A DNA stretch of 62,642 bases, filler included, from Stramenopiles sp. TOSAG23-2 (taxonomy: Eukaryota): assembly GCA_900128395.1 (NCBI GenBank). It is 11 parts of 11 records of this genome, joined end to end, with 100 filler letters (N's around TTAATTAATTAA, not from the genome) between each part and the next. Parts side by side here need not be neighbours in the genome. Positions count along the whole stretch, not along the records: positions 8,098 to 16,093 come from LT650251.1; positions 16,194 to 24,171 come from LT650252.1; 9 more parts are not named here. The stretch is one strand, 5' to 3'. Shown here piece after piece: positions 11,012 to 21,715 of the stretch; position 1 is the stretch's first letter, and each line of letters begins with the position of its first letter. Both the position numbers and the translations under genes were made by a program. The notes beneath the pieces were generated by a model. It had not been told where the DNA came from and searched no databases. It saw only the letters and a list, made by a program, of their open reading frames with translations.

Positions 11012-12355
11012 TTAATTCTCTGATTTATGTATTAGACAATACTCGCAATAATAGGCATTTGTATCAGTTGTTGTGACTTCTTCTTCTTCTTTTCGATCAT
11101 CATCGTGATGTAGTTTTCGTTTTTTATGTTTTAAGTTTTCTTGACAATTAGTGCATACAAGTATCCATACACCACATTTATCACACGTGTAATCTGACAC
11201 ATATTTATCCACAGAAGCAATTTTACAAACAGTACATTTACCGATAATATTATCACCTACACGTTCAGAGGAAATACGTCTATCAAATACAAAATTTTTA
11301 CCTTGAAACAACCCATCTTTACCTAATTGTTCCACATATCGATGGATTCCTCCTTCTAATTGAAAACAGTTTTGAACACCTTTCGATATTAAATAAGCAG
11401 ATGCGCGTTCACAACGAATACCACCAGTACAATACATGTATACATTTTTATTTTTTAAATTTTCTTGTTCTATCAATTTATCAGCAATTTTAGGAAATTC
11501 GCTAAAGTGACGTGTTGGTAAACGTATAGCACCTTTCATTGTGCCGATTGCACTTTCATATAAATTTCGGACATCAAGTAATGCGACTTCTTGATTCGGA
11601 TTCTTATTTTTTTTATCATTATTATTAAGATTCATATTCATATTTGATAATAATTGTTCATGAAATTCTTTTGGTTTTAAATGGATACCACCATTACTTG
11701 CTGTTATTATATCTGGATCTTGACCCATTACAACTATTTCTTTACATTGCCTCACCCAAAAATTAGAAAATGCATTATTTGTATTATTATTATTACTTTC
11801 TTTAAAGTCAATATCATTAAAAAAACTTTTCCACACTATATTATACTTCATTGCTTCTATGTACAACATTATGGATACATCGGATCCACTAATCGTGCCA
11901 TTAATACCTTCTTTACCAATTCTGATACGGCCGCATAAATTCAATAGTCCTCCCAGGGCTTTTTGCCACTCGTGTAAACCATCTAAATTTTCAATATCAA
12001 TATATTTATAATATAATAATACTTTTGATGTTGTTGTTACTGACGGCGATGATGATACATTAGTTGCTCTTTTTTTTCCATATTTTTTGAACAAACTTTT
12101 TGCATTTAATTTCATTTCTCTCTTTTTTTTTAACATTGCCTTAATAGCAGCTTTCCAGTCCTTTTCTTTTTCATGGTTTTTTATTATATCTACCCCAAAC
12201 ATGATATTATATATATGGTCCACTGTTATTTTTGGTTGCAAATGTTTTCTACCTTTTTTATGATGTATAAATGCTGATTCTGATCGACACCATACTTCAC
12301 AATGTTCACACCAGATTGCTTTTGGATTGGTCGGGTGGACTGGTACTGCTTGCAT
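11012..12355 (-). CDS. TSTD2: TSTD2/TrhO(YceA)-family rhodanese with an N-terminal matrin/U1-type C2H2 zinc finger
   Basis: VLLYYKY, GRIRIGKEGINGTISG, LDVRNLYESAIG, active-site loop YCTGGIRCERAS, QLEGGIHRY, FQGKNFVFDRR, and a C-terminal Cys cluster. N-terminal CEHCEVWCRSESAFIHHKKGRKH. Confidence 0.88.
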   Translation of the reverse strand: MQAVPVHPTNPKAIWCEHCEVWCRSESAFIHHKKGRKHLQPKITVDHIYNIMFGVDIIKNHEKEKDWKAAIKAMLKKKREMKLNAKSLFKKYGKKRATNVSSSPSVTTTSKVLLYYKYIDIENLDGLHEWQKALGGLLNLCGRIRIGKEGINGTISGSDVSIMLYIEAMKYNIVWKSFFNDIDFKESNNNNTNNAFSNFWVRQCKEIVVMGQDPDIITASNGGIHLKPKEFHEQLLSNMNMNLNNNDKKNKNPNQEVALLDVRNLYESAIGTMKGAIRLPTRHFSEFPKIADKLIEQENLKNKNVYMYCTGGIRCERASAYLISKGVQNCFQLEGGIHRYVEQLGKDGLFQGKNFVFDRRISSERVGDNIIGKCTVCKIASVDKYVSDYTCDKCGVWILVCTNCQENLKHKKRKLHHDDDRKEEEEVTTTDTNAYYCEYCLIHKSEN

Positions 12356-13109
12356 TAAGATTTCAGTTATGTTTTTCTTTTAACTTTCAAATTAATCTAT
12401 ATGAATGATTTCTATATGTTTTTTTGCATACAAAATATCTGAGTAGCTAGCTGTAAATGTTTATTAAATATATCGATGCATTTATATTAATTATAGATAA
12501 ATTCGTAAATAAATTTATTCAATTCTTATAATAACTTTTAACTATAGTACCCAGGAATATAACAGCAAAAAACAAAAAATCCTTATAAGGTAATTACAAG
12601 AACCTCTTTGATGATCGACCTGGATCCGTTTACCACCGTGGTATAATAGAATACGAGTAAAATAGCACTTAAAAATATTAAAAATTTGCATATATACTAA
12701 ATCTTGCGGTTTTCTGATAAGATGTAAACACGTTGATTATTGTGAAAAAAGTCATAGGAAAATGCTAACTATAAATTTATATACATGTTCTAGGTACGTT
12801 AAGCTTGTAGATACTAATCGTCATTGCGTAATATAGTGAAAAAGTAGCAGTATGTTTCATTTTAAATTAAATTTTTATCGGAAATTCTAGAAATAGTATA
12901 CAGTACGAAAAGAAATTTGGAATTAATAGGAAAAAATACTACCACAACCAACAACCAACCCAACAACTACTTCTATTCTGTTATTTAAGGATGATTTTTC
13001 TGTCACGACGACTACCTTAACCTTAACCTGTGGTAATATCTGAACAATAATGAATTGCACCGCAATTAGAGCGAGCTACTGTACTGTACTGTGTACATGG
13101 TAGAGATCG

Positions 13110-14702
13110 ATGAGAGATATTCCTCAAATTGGTTACGTTATTGTGTTCATGGGATTGAATGAGAATCATTTAGAACCTACATATGATGGTGGAAACAACG
13201 TAATGCCAAATCAACGTTGTAATAGATTTTTAGTCGCAGAAAATGCTGGAATGGTATTTCAATTTCGGCATGATACTGAAGAATCTGGTATTTCATTGTT
13301 TTATAAAAATTGTCGTATGAAAGAGCTTGATAATTATTTTGGCGATGTACGTTCAATTGTAATCGATATGGAAAATAGCTTAATAAGGCAATTGCACGAT
13401 AAAGTCTTGGAACATAAACGTGCGTTAAATATCGTTGGTGATTTATTAGCTGAAACAGACGTTTTGATGGCATTTGCATCTTTGTCACAATCGCATCGTT
13501 GTGTAAAACCAAAGCTAACAAATGAAAATTGTTTCATCGTTGAAAAAGGTCGACATATATTACAAGAAACTGTATTAACCTCTGTTAATGATTTTGTTCC
13601 AAATGACACGATTCTCTATCCAGAAAAACGCCATGCGGTTATGATAGTGACCGGTCCAAATAGCAGTGGTAAATCTGTTTATTTAAAGCAAGTTGGTTTA
13701 ATAGCTGTTTTAGCTCATATTGGTTGTTACGTTCCATGCGGTAATTGCAAATTGGGTCCAATCGATCGTATATTTACTCGTATATCGACTGTAGAGAGCT
13801 CGATGGTTGGGCAATCTGCATTTACGATTGATACACAACAAATGTCTAACATGTTAAAATCTTGTACTAAAAAATCATTACTTTTGATTGATGAGTTTGG
13901 GAAAGGAACGAGTAGTAAAGACGGTCCAGCGTTATTGGCATCTGTCGTTTGTCATATTGACACGATGTTGACGAAATGTATACTCACAACTCATTTTTGG
14001 GAAATTTTTCAATTGAAATTGTTAAATACATGTTTAAACGTAAAAACTTTTTCAATGAAATTAAAAATTGTATCAAAACCTGTAGTTGTTAATGGGGAAG
14101 TAAGAGGAGCCGTAGAAGATAGTACTACTGTTCGAAAGAAACAAGAAGTTGCAGATAATGATGTCGATTACATTTTAGATGATTTTGTACCACTTTTTCA
14201 ATTGGAATTGAAAGACGATTTAGGTAAGTTTTATTAGTAAAATGTATAATCTCTCTTTCTCTCTCTCAAATTGTAACATTGTAACCAGTCTAGTATTAAC
14301 AAATTGTTTCTTCATTATACCAACCATATATATATATATATATTTATATTTTTTATATATTTCGTTATCCGATATTGGTGCAAAATTTGAAAATATTATA
14401 TAAAAAAATTAATTTTCCATTTATTCCTTGATAAATACGTATTGACAGGCGGCGAACATAATAACAATGAAGGTGATATGAATAGTTTCGGCTTAAACTG
14501 TGCACGAATGGCTGGTATTGATTTTCATATTGTAAAACGAGCAAGTAAAATAAGATCATCAATTATGAATGGCCGACAAATTGAGTCGATTGAATTGGAA
14601 AAAGAAGAAATTTACAACATGTTATTACAAAAAGATGATTGGAACTATGCAAGTGATACGGAAGTAAATGACATTGTCGCTTTGATTCAAAATATTTTAT
14701 AA
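13110..14702 (+). CDS. MSH5: MutS homolog 5 (meiotic MutS-gamma subunit), C-terminal half only; exons 13110-14223 and 14449-14702
   Basis: MSH5-type IPQIGY, Walker A TGPNSSGKSVYLKQVGLI, LAHIGCYVP, IFTRI..ES..QSAFTID..QM, LLLIDEFGKGT, TTHF. A GTAAGT(14224)...ACAG(14448) phase-1 intron joins in frame to the MutS HTH motif SFGLNCARMAGI. Confidence 0.85.
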
Positions 14703-14718
14703 AAAATACCTTTTGATG

Positions 14719-15765
14719 TCATATTAACTGGTCCTTTTCGATTTCTGCTATTAACTTTTTATGCAAATCATCAACCTCTGGTCGTAATGTTGGCCCTTGG
14801 ATGACAATGCAACCGCCATCATTCAATACAAAGATCTCGCCAACTTTAACCTTGACGATTTCATTGATTTTTTTGGATAATGGATATATCCGAACATCGT
14901 CATCTTCAAAGACTACATCGTCAAATTGGTGAAGAGCTTCACGCCATACCCGCATTTGGCCATTCCAATTCCGATTACTAAGTGCTTGTGTATGATCAGG
15001 TGTCCTTGGGTGAGCTTTATAATCACCATTACGTTTATTCTTTGGTATCAATTTTATATAATTGAAATACCCTTTCGTATCTTTCCCTAGATTTATTTGT
15101 TTCTTCCGTTGTTGTATTTTTTTCGGATCTGTCAATTTTTGTTGATCGACAAACATATCTCCTGTCCCTTTTGCTTCAACTTTATATTTCACACGTTTAT
15201 CAACGATTCCGTTTCTATTTGCTCCATTTGGATGCTCAAATTTACATTTTATATTAAAGCATTTATCACCGTACGTGCATAGGCGTGGTGACGTCGCTCT
15301 TTGATTATTGCGGGTGTTGTTGCTGCTATTTTTATTGTGATAGTTATTTCCTTTTTGAGAGTTATTGACAAAATTATTCTTCTTATAACTATAATTATTA
15401 TTGCGGGTATTATTATTATTATTATTATTATTATTGTTATTATTATTATTATTATTATTGTTATTATTATCATGACTATAGCGGCTTCCTCCTCTATTAT
15501 AAACATATGAAGACACGCTGTTATTGCAATTTCTTCCGATACTTTGATTATAGCTTTCATTAAACAAATTATGTTGTGGCGGCAGAGGTTGGCGGTATTG
15601 ACGACTATTATTGTTATTGTTGTAATTATTATTATTATTATATAATGATTGATGATTATTGCGATGGTAATAATTAGCAACGCGATTTCTTTTCTGTGGG
15701 TAATTTACATTGTTGTCATTACTGTAATTGTCACCCCATTCTGGGCGTCTTCTTTTATTTGACAT
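14719..15765 (-). CDS. SLBP: Histone mRNA stem-loop binding protein (SLBP RNA-binding domain) with a CCCH zinc finger and Asn-rich N-terminus
   Basis: QQRKKQINLGKDTKGYFNY..IPKNKR..HPRTPD..SNRNWNGQMRVWREALHQFD matches the SLBP RBD consensus (RRQKQIxYGKxTxGY..HPxTP..SxRxWDxQIxxWRxxLHxWD). CTYGDKCFNIKCKFEHP is a CCCH finger. Confidence 0.87.
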   Translation of the reverse strand: MSNKRRRPEWGDNYSNDNNVNYPQKRNRVANYYHRNNHQSLYNNNNNYNNNNNSRQYRQPLPPQHNLFNESYNQSIGRNCNNSVSSYVYNRGGSRYSHDNNNNNNNNNNNNNNNNNNNNTRNNNYSYKKNNFVNNSQKGNNYHNKNSSNNTRNNQRATSPRLCTYGDKCFNIKCKFEHPNGANRNGIVDKRVKYKVEAKGTGDMFVDQQKLTDPKKIQQRKKQINLGKDTKGYFNYIKLIPKNKRNGDYKAHPRTPDHTQALSNRNWNGQMRVWREALHQFDDVVFEDDDVRIYPLSKKINEIVKVKVGEIFVLNDGGCIVIQGPTLRPEVDDLHKKLIAEIEKDQLI

Positions 15766-16193
15766 GTTGGCTGGTTTATCTTCTATATTCTACTTTCTAG
15801 TTAACATCATATATATTTATATATCTATATTTTGTATTTTTTGTTATTTGATTTTTATTTTTTATTTGAAATTCCCATCATAATTTCAATACCTACAGTA
15901 CCTGGTATGATGGCCAAACACGCTAAAAAAAAATGATTTGCTAATTATTAATATTACTAGGGATCTAGCAGGTGTAATATTTCAAGTGCCTTTTTTTTAA
16001 AAGTTGCACACAGTCAATACGAATTTAGAGAGCCCAAAACGAAAAAAAAAAAAAAATAAATAAAATATATTGCGATAGGTAGATAAATAAAAGNNNNNNN
16101 NNNNNNNNNNNNNNNNNNNNNNNNNNNNNNNNNNNNNTTAATTAATTAANNNNNNNNNNNNNNNNNNNNNNNNNNNNNNNNNNNNNNNNNNNN

Positions 16194-16948
16194 CTACCTA
16201 TCAAATCTTTAGCATCGCCAACTACCCATTGTGGATATTCAAAATCTGCCCTTGCTATCGTTTTGAACAACAATGCCATCGTCGGTTGATCAAATGGTAA
16301 ATAACCCACTAAAAATACATATAAAATAACGCCACATGACCATGTATCTGCTTTGTAACCATCATATCCTTTATCTGCTAATACTTCCGGTGCAACATAA
16401 TTTGGTGTGCCACACGTTGTATGTAAAAGTTCTTTCATTCCACCTTCCATTTCATCTGCCCCTGCTAAATTCATTGCTGATAAGCCAAAATCAGAAATCT
16501 TCAAGTTATCACTGTCGTCTAATAGCAAATTTTCAGGCTTTAGGTCACGATGGGCGACACCTTGCTTGTGGCAATACAATACACCACTGACTAGTTGGAA
16601 GAAATATTTCCGTGCTTCGTCTTCCGAAAACTTGCCAGCATCAACAATTTTATCAAAAAGTTCGCCCCCAGTAACTAGTTCCAATACAATAAAGATTTTA
16701 GAACTGCTAGCTAAAACTTCCACTAAATTGCATACATTTGGATGATTGACTAACTTCATAATCGATATTTCTTTTTTAATTTGAGAACCCATATTTTGTT
16801 GTTGCAATTTAGCTTTGGATAATATTTTAACAGCAACTTTATCACCTGTTTCAATATCTGTGCCTAATTGTACTTTTCCAAATGTACCTTCCCCCAACAA
16901 TTTTCCTAACTCATATTTACCAACGGTTTTCTTCTTTTTCCTCGGCAT
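16194..16948 (-). CDS. CIPK: CBL-interacting (CIPK/SnRK3-like) Ser/Thr kinase, 3' partial
   Basis: VGKYELGKLLGEGTFGKV, QIKKEISIMKLVNHPNV, HRDLKPENLLLD, DFGLSA, LHTTCGTPNYVAPEVL..KGYDG..AD.WSCGVILYV. The diagnostic NAF motif would lie beyond the contig end, so CIPK versus another SnRK is not proven. Confidence 0.78.
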
Positions 16949-17025
16949 ATTTGTATTTTTACATTTCCTAACTCATATTTACCAACGGTTTTCTTCTTTT
17001 TCCTCGGCATATTTGTATTCTTACA
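16902..17025. repeat. Tandem duplication, 62-bp unit, spanning the kinase start codon
   Basis: 16902-16963 vs 16964-17025, with one mismatch. Confidence 0.9.
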
Positions 17026-18115
17026 TACACGCGTTATATATAAATTTATATATAGATTTATACATGTATATACTTTCTTGTTTAAGTATATATCCTATTT
17101 CAACAAATGGATCTATCCATTCATTTTTTTTTTAGTTGTTATGGGCACATGGATATTTTTTTATTTGTGCAAACCACCAGCAAACTGGCAAACCATCATC
17201 AGCAAAGCACCAAAATAACACATAGGTGTTAGTGTGCCTGCCCAGCCTGGTGTGCACAACAAAAAATGCATCAAAAAATATAAATAATAAAATGTCAATA
17301 TCATTTCCCTATCAAGTTGTATACATGTATAGTAGTAGGTATGCGAATGTAATTTAGTAAAAAAGTGGAATTTTTGCGTTTTCGCAGGGAGAACCACGAG
17401 GCTAAGGGATCGAGTAGTGTTCCTCTTTGTTGCAATTCTAGAATTTTATTTTCATAAATTAAAACTATTTATTATTGATTAAAACTAACCATGAACATGG
17501 CACAAATGTAAATGGAAAGTGCCCTCCCTCTGAGGACTTGAGTGAACTTTGAGCTCTCCTCGTACCAAATTATAGCAACTATAGCACTATATACCATTTT
17601 AATTTGTACATAATACCTTTATTCTAGAATTATGCAAAAACTCCATCAATCTAAATCTAGACTAACTCATGCCAGCATGGCTTCTTCCTTTGTTTCATCC
17701 AAAAATATTGAACCAACCTCTCTCTCTTGGTGGATTGTATTTACCAGAATAAAAGTATCATCCGGATATCCGGCTTAGGACACCCCGGAGCAGCCTGGTC
17801 CAGCAGCCTGGTCCGGCATCCCGGAAGAACACGCTACCATAGTCATAGCACGGGAACCAAAACAAGATTCCGGAAATCATCCCACATTTATCCAATGCCT
17901 TGAGCTTAGCACGGGCATAGCAGGCAAATCTCCAAATCATTAATTCCGATCGTTTGCGAACGTGCCCAGCTTGATAGCAGAGTTTCCGTCTTAATTTGTA
18001 CTTATTTTTGTATACCTGAATAAAAGGATCAAAGCCTGCTATGCAATGCTATGGGTCCTTAAGGACCAAACCATTTCAAAGTGTCACGAAAATCGAAAAA
18101 CCAGTGCATTGATAG

Positions 18116-21085
18116 ATGACCACTAAAAGTATGAGCCAAGCAACTAAGAATCATTTAAGACAATGTTGTGAGCCTGTTAATTACAAAACAGTATCGACAA
18201 TATTTTCCAGCACCACTGCACAAACGCCATACTGTCTTGATCTTGACGACGACGAGCTTCAACTAATCTCGTCCACTCGCAAAACCGTTTTCTTGAAGAA
18301 AGCCAAGACAGCAACGGGCCATCAATTTGTCGCATCAGGCAGCCCAACACCTGGAAAAACCAATTCCTTCAAGGACGACGCTATGCTTTTATATTTGAAA
18401 ACATTTACAACCAAAGGCAAAGCATGGAAAGATCCTGAACTACCAAAGACAACCTCGCCGGAAGAGGTTGCTGTGATTCGCGAAGGAACGCAGCTCGCTA
18501 TTTTTTACGATGGCGGTGTAGCGTATGTCTCGGACTTTGCTGTCGATGCAAAATTTAGGGCACCAATTCGTAGACTAGCAAAGTCCATGGGCGTGAAAGG
18601 GCACGTGCGTGTCAGCCGAGCAATGCGTGCTTTGCTTTTGAAGGAAGTAAGGCATTTTCCGGCAAAGCGTACAAGGGTTCCAGTCTACTTGTTATCTGAA
18701 TATTGTGAAATCATTAACAAGATCGAAACAAAGCTTCTGCCAATATGCTATAAAACATTTTTGTTCGATGCAAATAACTTTTTTTCACGCGAACAAAGAA
18801 AGTTGGCAGATGATGACCAAAAAGCTAGCTTGGTCTGCACTTTATTTCGTGGCTACGATAGTGGGTCGACCTACGACATTGACAAACAAGACATTATCAA
18901 CAGCGCGAATGCCGCAAACAACTCCTTTTGCCTTGGCGAGCGCCTTGTGGAGGGCCGATCCGTCTCAAGGCAAGCGACGAATTTGGCAACCACTTTGGTC
19001 ATACTAGCCTACTTTGCAGGCGTGCCAGAACAAGAAAATTATGAGTCGATTCACGAGTGCCATCGGATTGCCAGGGGCACTCGTTATTTCAAAAAAGGGG
19101 ATGCGCCAGGCAAACGCGAGAACCCTATGATTATCGACGGCAACACAAAAAGCGAAGTTCAAGCTGAAGTCGTAGCGTATAGGAATAGTATCCCAACCTA
19201 TGCTGCATTGGAGCAGATAAAAAGGGACTATTCTAGGGTACCATTCGACAAGCCATACGTCAAGAAAGGCCAAAAAACAAACACCGATGCAAAATTCTTG
19301 GAAAAAATGGCAGACCCTGAAACCTACAAGCCGCTGTACCCGTTCTGGAAATTTAGAAAATCCATTTTTGGAATTCGAATCAATTCATGGCGTGAGTTTG
19401 CTTATTTAATGCTGACGGATCCGAGGGTCAAGACATGGATTCGTTTCATTATGGCTGGTTACGCAATGGCAAAAGTCTTTGCACGAGATCAGAAACCAAA
19501 GGCATTTGGCGGAGATGCGACTATTACACGCGCAACGTCCTATGAGCATGACCGCTTATTCGCGGATGTCGTGAACTACTTGCCGCCGGATATCGAGGCG
19601 CACTTCTGGCAATTATATGTATTGTATTTGATGCCAAAATGGTTTGCGACAAGGCAAATTACAGCGTTGACGCTAAACATTATTTCTATCAAGGATTTCA
19701 ATGAACGCATTGCCATCCCAAACATGAAATTGCATCACTATGTCGTTGATTTTATACGTACAGGCGCTGGGCCAATCGATTACAGAGTACGTGTGATGCA
19801 CGGTAAAAAGCGTTTCCATAACAATGGCCTTACCGTCTCAGATATCGACTATGCTGGCGAAGATCTAAAACGATACGATGGTTTACTGGAAGCTTTGCCA
19901 AGAATTTTCAAGGCGTATGAACATTTAACGGGCCATGTTGTTCGGCATGATACTTCCGAGCCGAGGCGTATGGTATCCAATAGTGTTCAAGCTATTGGGC
20001 CATATCGTGGCATGAATCGTGTCGTCAAGTATCACAAGTTTCCTTGGATGTTTCCAGCATACAAACGTGGAAACTTCAACTGCTTGGAACCACTCTTGAG
20101 CGTTCCAGGGGCCTCGGATGTATTCGTCAAACTTCCGGACAACCTTTTGGCTGGCTGGGAGAAAATCAGTCGATGGACCAAGAACAATATGTCGGAAATT
20201 GAAGAGTGCTTGTCGAAGGAAGTGGACATTTTCATCGATGCCAAGAAGTTTAAGACTGCTTTGCGACCAACGCCAAATGCAACAAAAGCGTTCAAAACAA
20301 CGTGTGCCCTGTTCCTTCCAAAACAGGACAAGCCAAGCATCGTCCCAGATACCTACGATGTATTGAACAACTTTGTGAAGCAGTGCGTCGAATCCAGCTT
20401 GAATGGGACAGCAGTCTCCCTGGATGAAAGGCACTTTGGGCGCCCGTTTCAATTTCATTACAAAGGCACGGTTTCGAATCATTTAAAACTGTGCGTAGAC
20501 AATGGAAGACTTTGTTTTGAATTCTTAGGTCGCCACGGGACTGGTGTTGTCGAAATTCAAGCCTGCAACCATTTGATTGCAGAGCTGAGAGCTTGCCACC
20601 CGGCTGTGTTGGAGCTCACGGCATTGAAGAAGAAAATTCTGGGCGAGGAAAACCATGACAACGAGATGACGGTCCTAGAAAGCTACAACCCGTTCAAGTT
20701 GCAGCACTTGCATCAATTTTCGCAAATCATGAGCGCTAGGAAGGACAAACAGGTTGACTATTCGTTGAAACAATTGCACCGATTTTCGTCGCACAAAGAC
20801 GTCTATCCAACAAAAGATTTCTTCCATAGCTTTGTCACGCCACGTGCCGCCCAAGGCGAGTTAATCGATCGTTGCAAAGACATGCGTGACATGTCCATCC
20901 AAGAGCAATCTGCAAACATTCATTACCTCTTGATATTCAAGCGGGTTTATGAAATTATGGATACGTTCCGTGGCAATGGTGCAATCTCTGGACACGCTGC
21001 CTTCGTCCAATTGCAGAAGAGCCTGGACGAGGACATCCTAGCGGCACAAAGATTGCATCGCGAAAAATTTGGCATGAGGCGCTAG
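18116..21085 (+). CDS. 989-aa intronless orphan protein in a GC-elevated island; possible degenerate tyrosine recombinase/topoisomerase IB fold at the C-terminus
   Basis: Long uninterrupted ORF. Three 60-nt lines counted by hand gave 32-52% GC, against 23% in one line of a host gene (26821-26880). No poly-Asn/poly-Thr tracts. The fold suggestion rests on motif resemblance only. Confidence 0.75.
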   Translation: MTTKSMSQATKNHLRQCCEPVNYKTVSTIFSSTTAQTPYCLDLDDDELQLISSTRKTVFLKKAKTATGHQFVASGSPTPGKTNSFKDDAMLLYLKTFTTKGKAWKDPELPKTTSPEEVAVIREGTQLAIFYDGGVAYVSDFAVDAKFRAPIRRLAKSMGVKGHVRVSRAMRALLLKEVRHFPAKRTRVPVYLLSEYCEIINKIETKLLPICYKTFLFDANNFFSREQRKLADDDQKASLVCTLFRGYDSGSTYDIDKQDIINSANAANNSFCLGERLVEGRSVSRQATNLATTLVILAYFAGVPEQENYESIHECHRIARGTRYFKKGDAPGKRENPMIIDGNTKSEVQAEVVAYRNSIPTYAALEQIKRDYSRVPFDKPYVKKGQKTNTDAKFLEKMADPETYKPLYPFWKFRKSIFGIRINSWREFAYLMLTDPRVKTWIRFIMAGYAMAKVFARDQKPKAFGGDATITRATSYEHDRLFADVVNYLPPDIEAHFWQLYVLYLMPKWFATRQITALTLNIISIKDFNERIAIPNMKLHHYVVDFIRTGAGPIDYRVRVMHGKKRFHNNGLTVSDIDYAGEDLKRYDGLLEALPRIFKAYEHLTGHVVRHDTSEPRRMVSNSVQAIGPYRGMNRVVKYHKFPWMFPAYKRGNFNCLEPLLSVPGASDVFVKLPDNLLAGWEKISRWTKNNMSEIEECLSKEVDIFIDAKKFKTALRPTPNATKAFKTTCALFLPKQDKPSIVPDTYDVLNNFVKQCVESSLNGTAVSLDERHFGRPFQFHYKGTVSNHLKLCVDNGRLCFEFLGRHGTGVVEIQACNHLIAELRACHPAVLELTALKKKILGEENHDNEMTVLESYNPFKLQHLHQFSQIMSARKDKQVDYSLKQLHRFSSHKDVYPTKDFFHSFVTPRAAQGELIDRCKDMRDMSIQEQSANIHYLLIFKRVYEIMDTFRGNGAISGHAAFVQLQKSLDEDILAAQRLHREKFGMRR

Positions 21086-21095
21086 ACGTGCGGAG

Positions 21096-21302
21096 TTGGT
21101 CGATTGGACTATCAATGTATTTCGCATGGCAAGAAATGCCAGGTTTCAACTAGTAAAGGAGGTGGAGCAGGAAATGAAGACTGCGCAACGAGTTTGGGAT
21201 GCAAAAAATTCGCCCGGGATTTGTATGACGGTGACGCATGCCGGCAAACGGGTCTTGGAAAGCATCGGGTTGTGTCCAGCGAAGCGTCATAAGCCTAGCT
21301 AG
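21096..21302 (+). CDS. Short ORF directly downstream of the 989-aa gene, in the same GC-rich island (first ATG 21126)
   Basis: Coding-like composition continues to TAG 21300-21302, where AT-rich sequence resumes. No homology recognised. Confidence 0.3.
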   Translation: MVDWTINVFRMARNARFQLVKEVEQEMKTAQRVWDAKNSPGICMTVTHAGKRVLESIGLCPAKRHKPS

Positions 21303-21715
21303 GCTCGGAGCTTTATAAAATAAAAGAGTAGACTTATATGAGAGTGTAGAACTAAAAGTAAAACTATTTAAAGAACAAAAAAATATATATTTATACAGGA
21401 GGGCTTGGCCGGTAGCTCGCACATACTATCTATAGTCTTGGTCGTTCACACAGGATAGGTACCTCTACTTGTGCACAAAGCTGCCTTGGTTCCTCTGACA
21501 TTTGGGGTTTAGAATGGCAAAGAAAGTTTTGATTACTGGCATGATGGAAATGCATATTGGTAAACAAAGATCCTGAGATCCTGGATCCAATGCATATTGC
21601 AAAAACAATTTATGGGATACAACACGCGAATGCGGCAACCGTATTGTTTAAATTCTATGTCATAAGAATGTTCTCCAACTCGTCTGCTATATCGTGCCGT
21701 CTCAAACTATTATTA

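Noticed and set aside
13015-13028. Telomeric array
   Set aside because: Only two CCTTAA units, internal to a contig; kept only as a possible motif.
15249-15680. Poly-Ile ORFs (also 754-1119, 38451-38846) and antisense ORFs such as 2357-2935, 22321-22962, 26960-27538
   Set aside because: They are shadow frames of real genes produced by (AAT)n tracts and codon bias.
17400-21560. Terminal repeats or target-site duplication bounding the GC-rich island
   Set aside because: Only short local repeats were seen (e.g. GCAGCCTGGTCC twice near 17790); no matching left and right ends were found.
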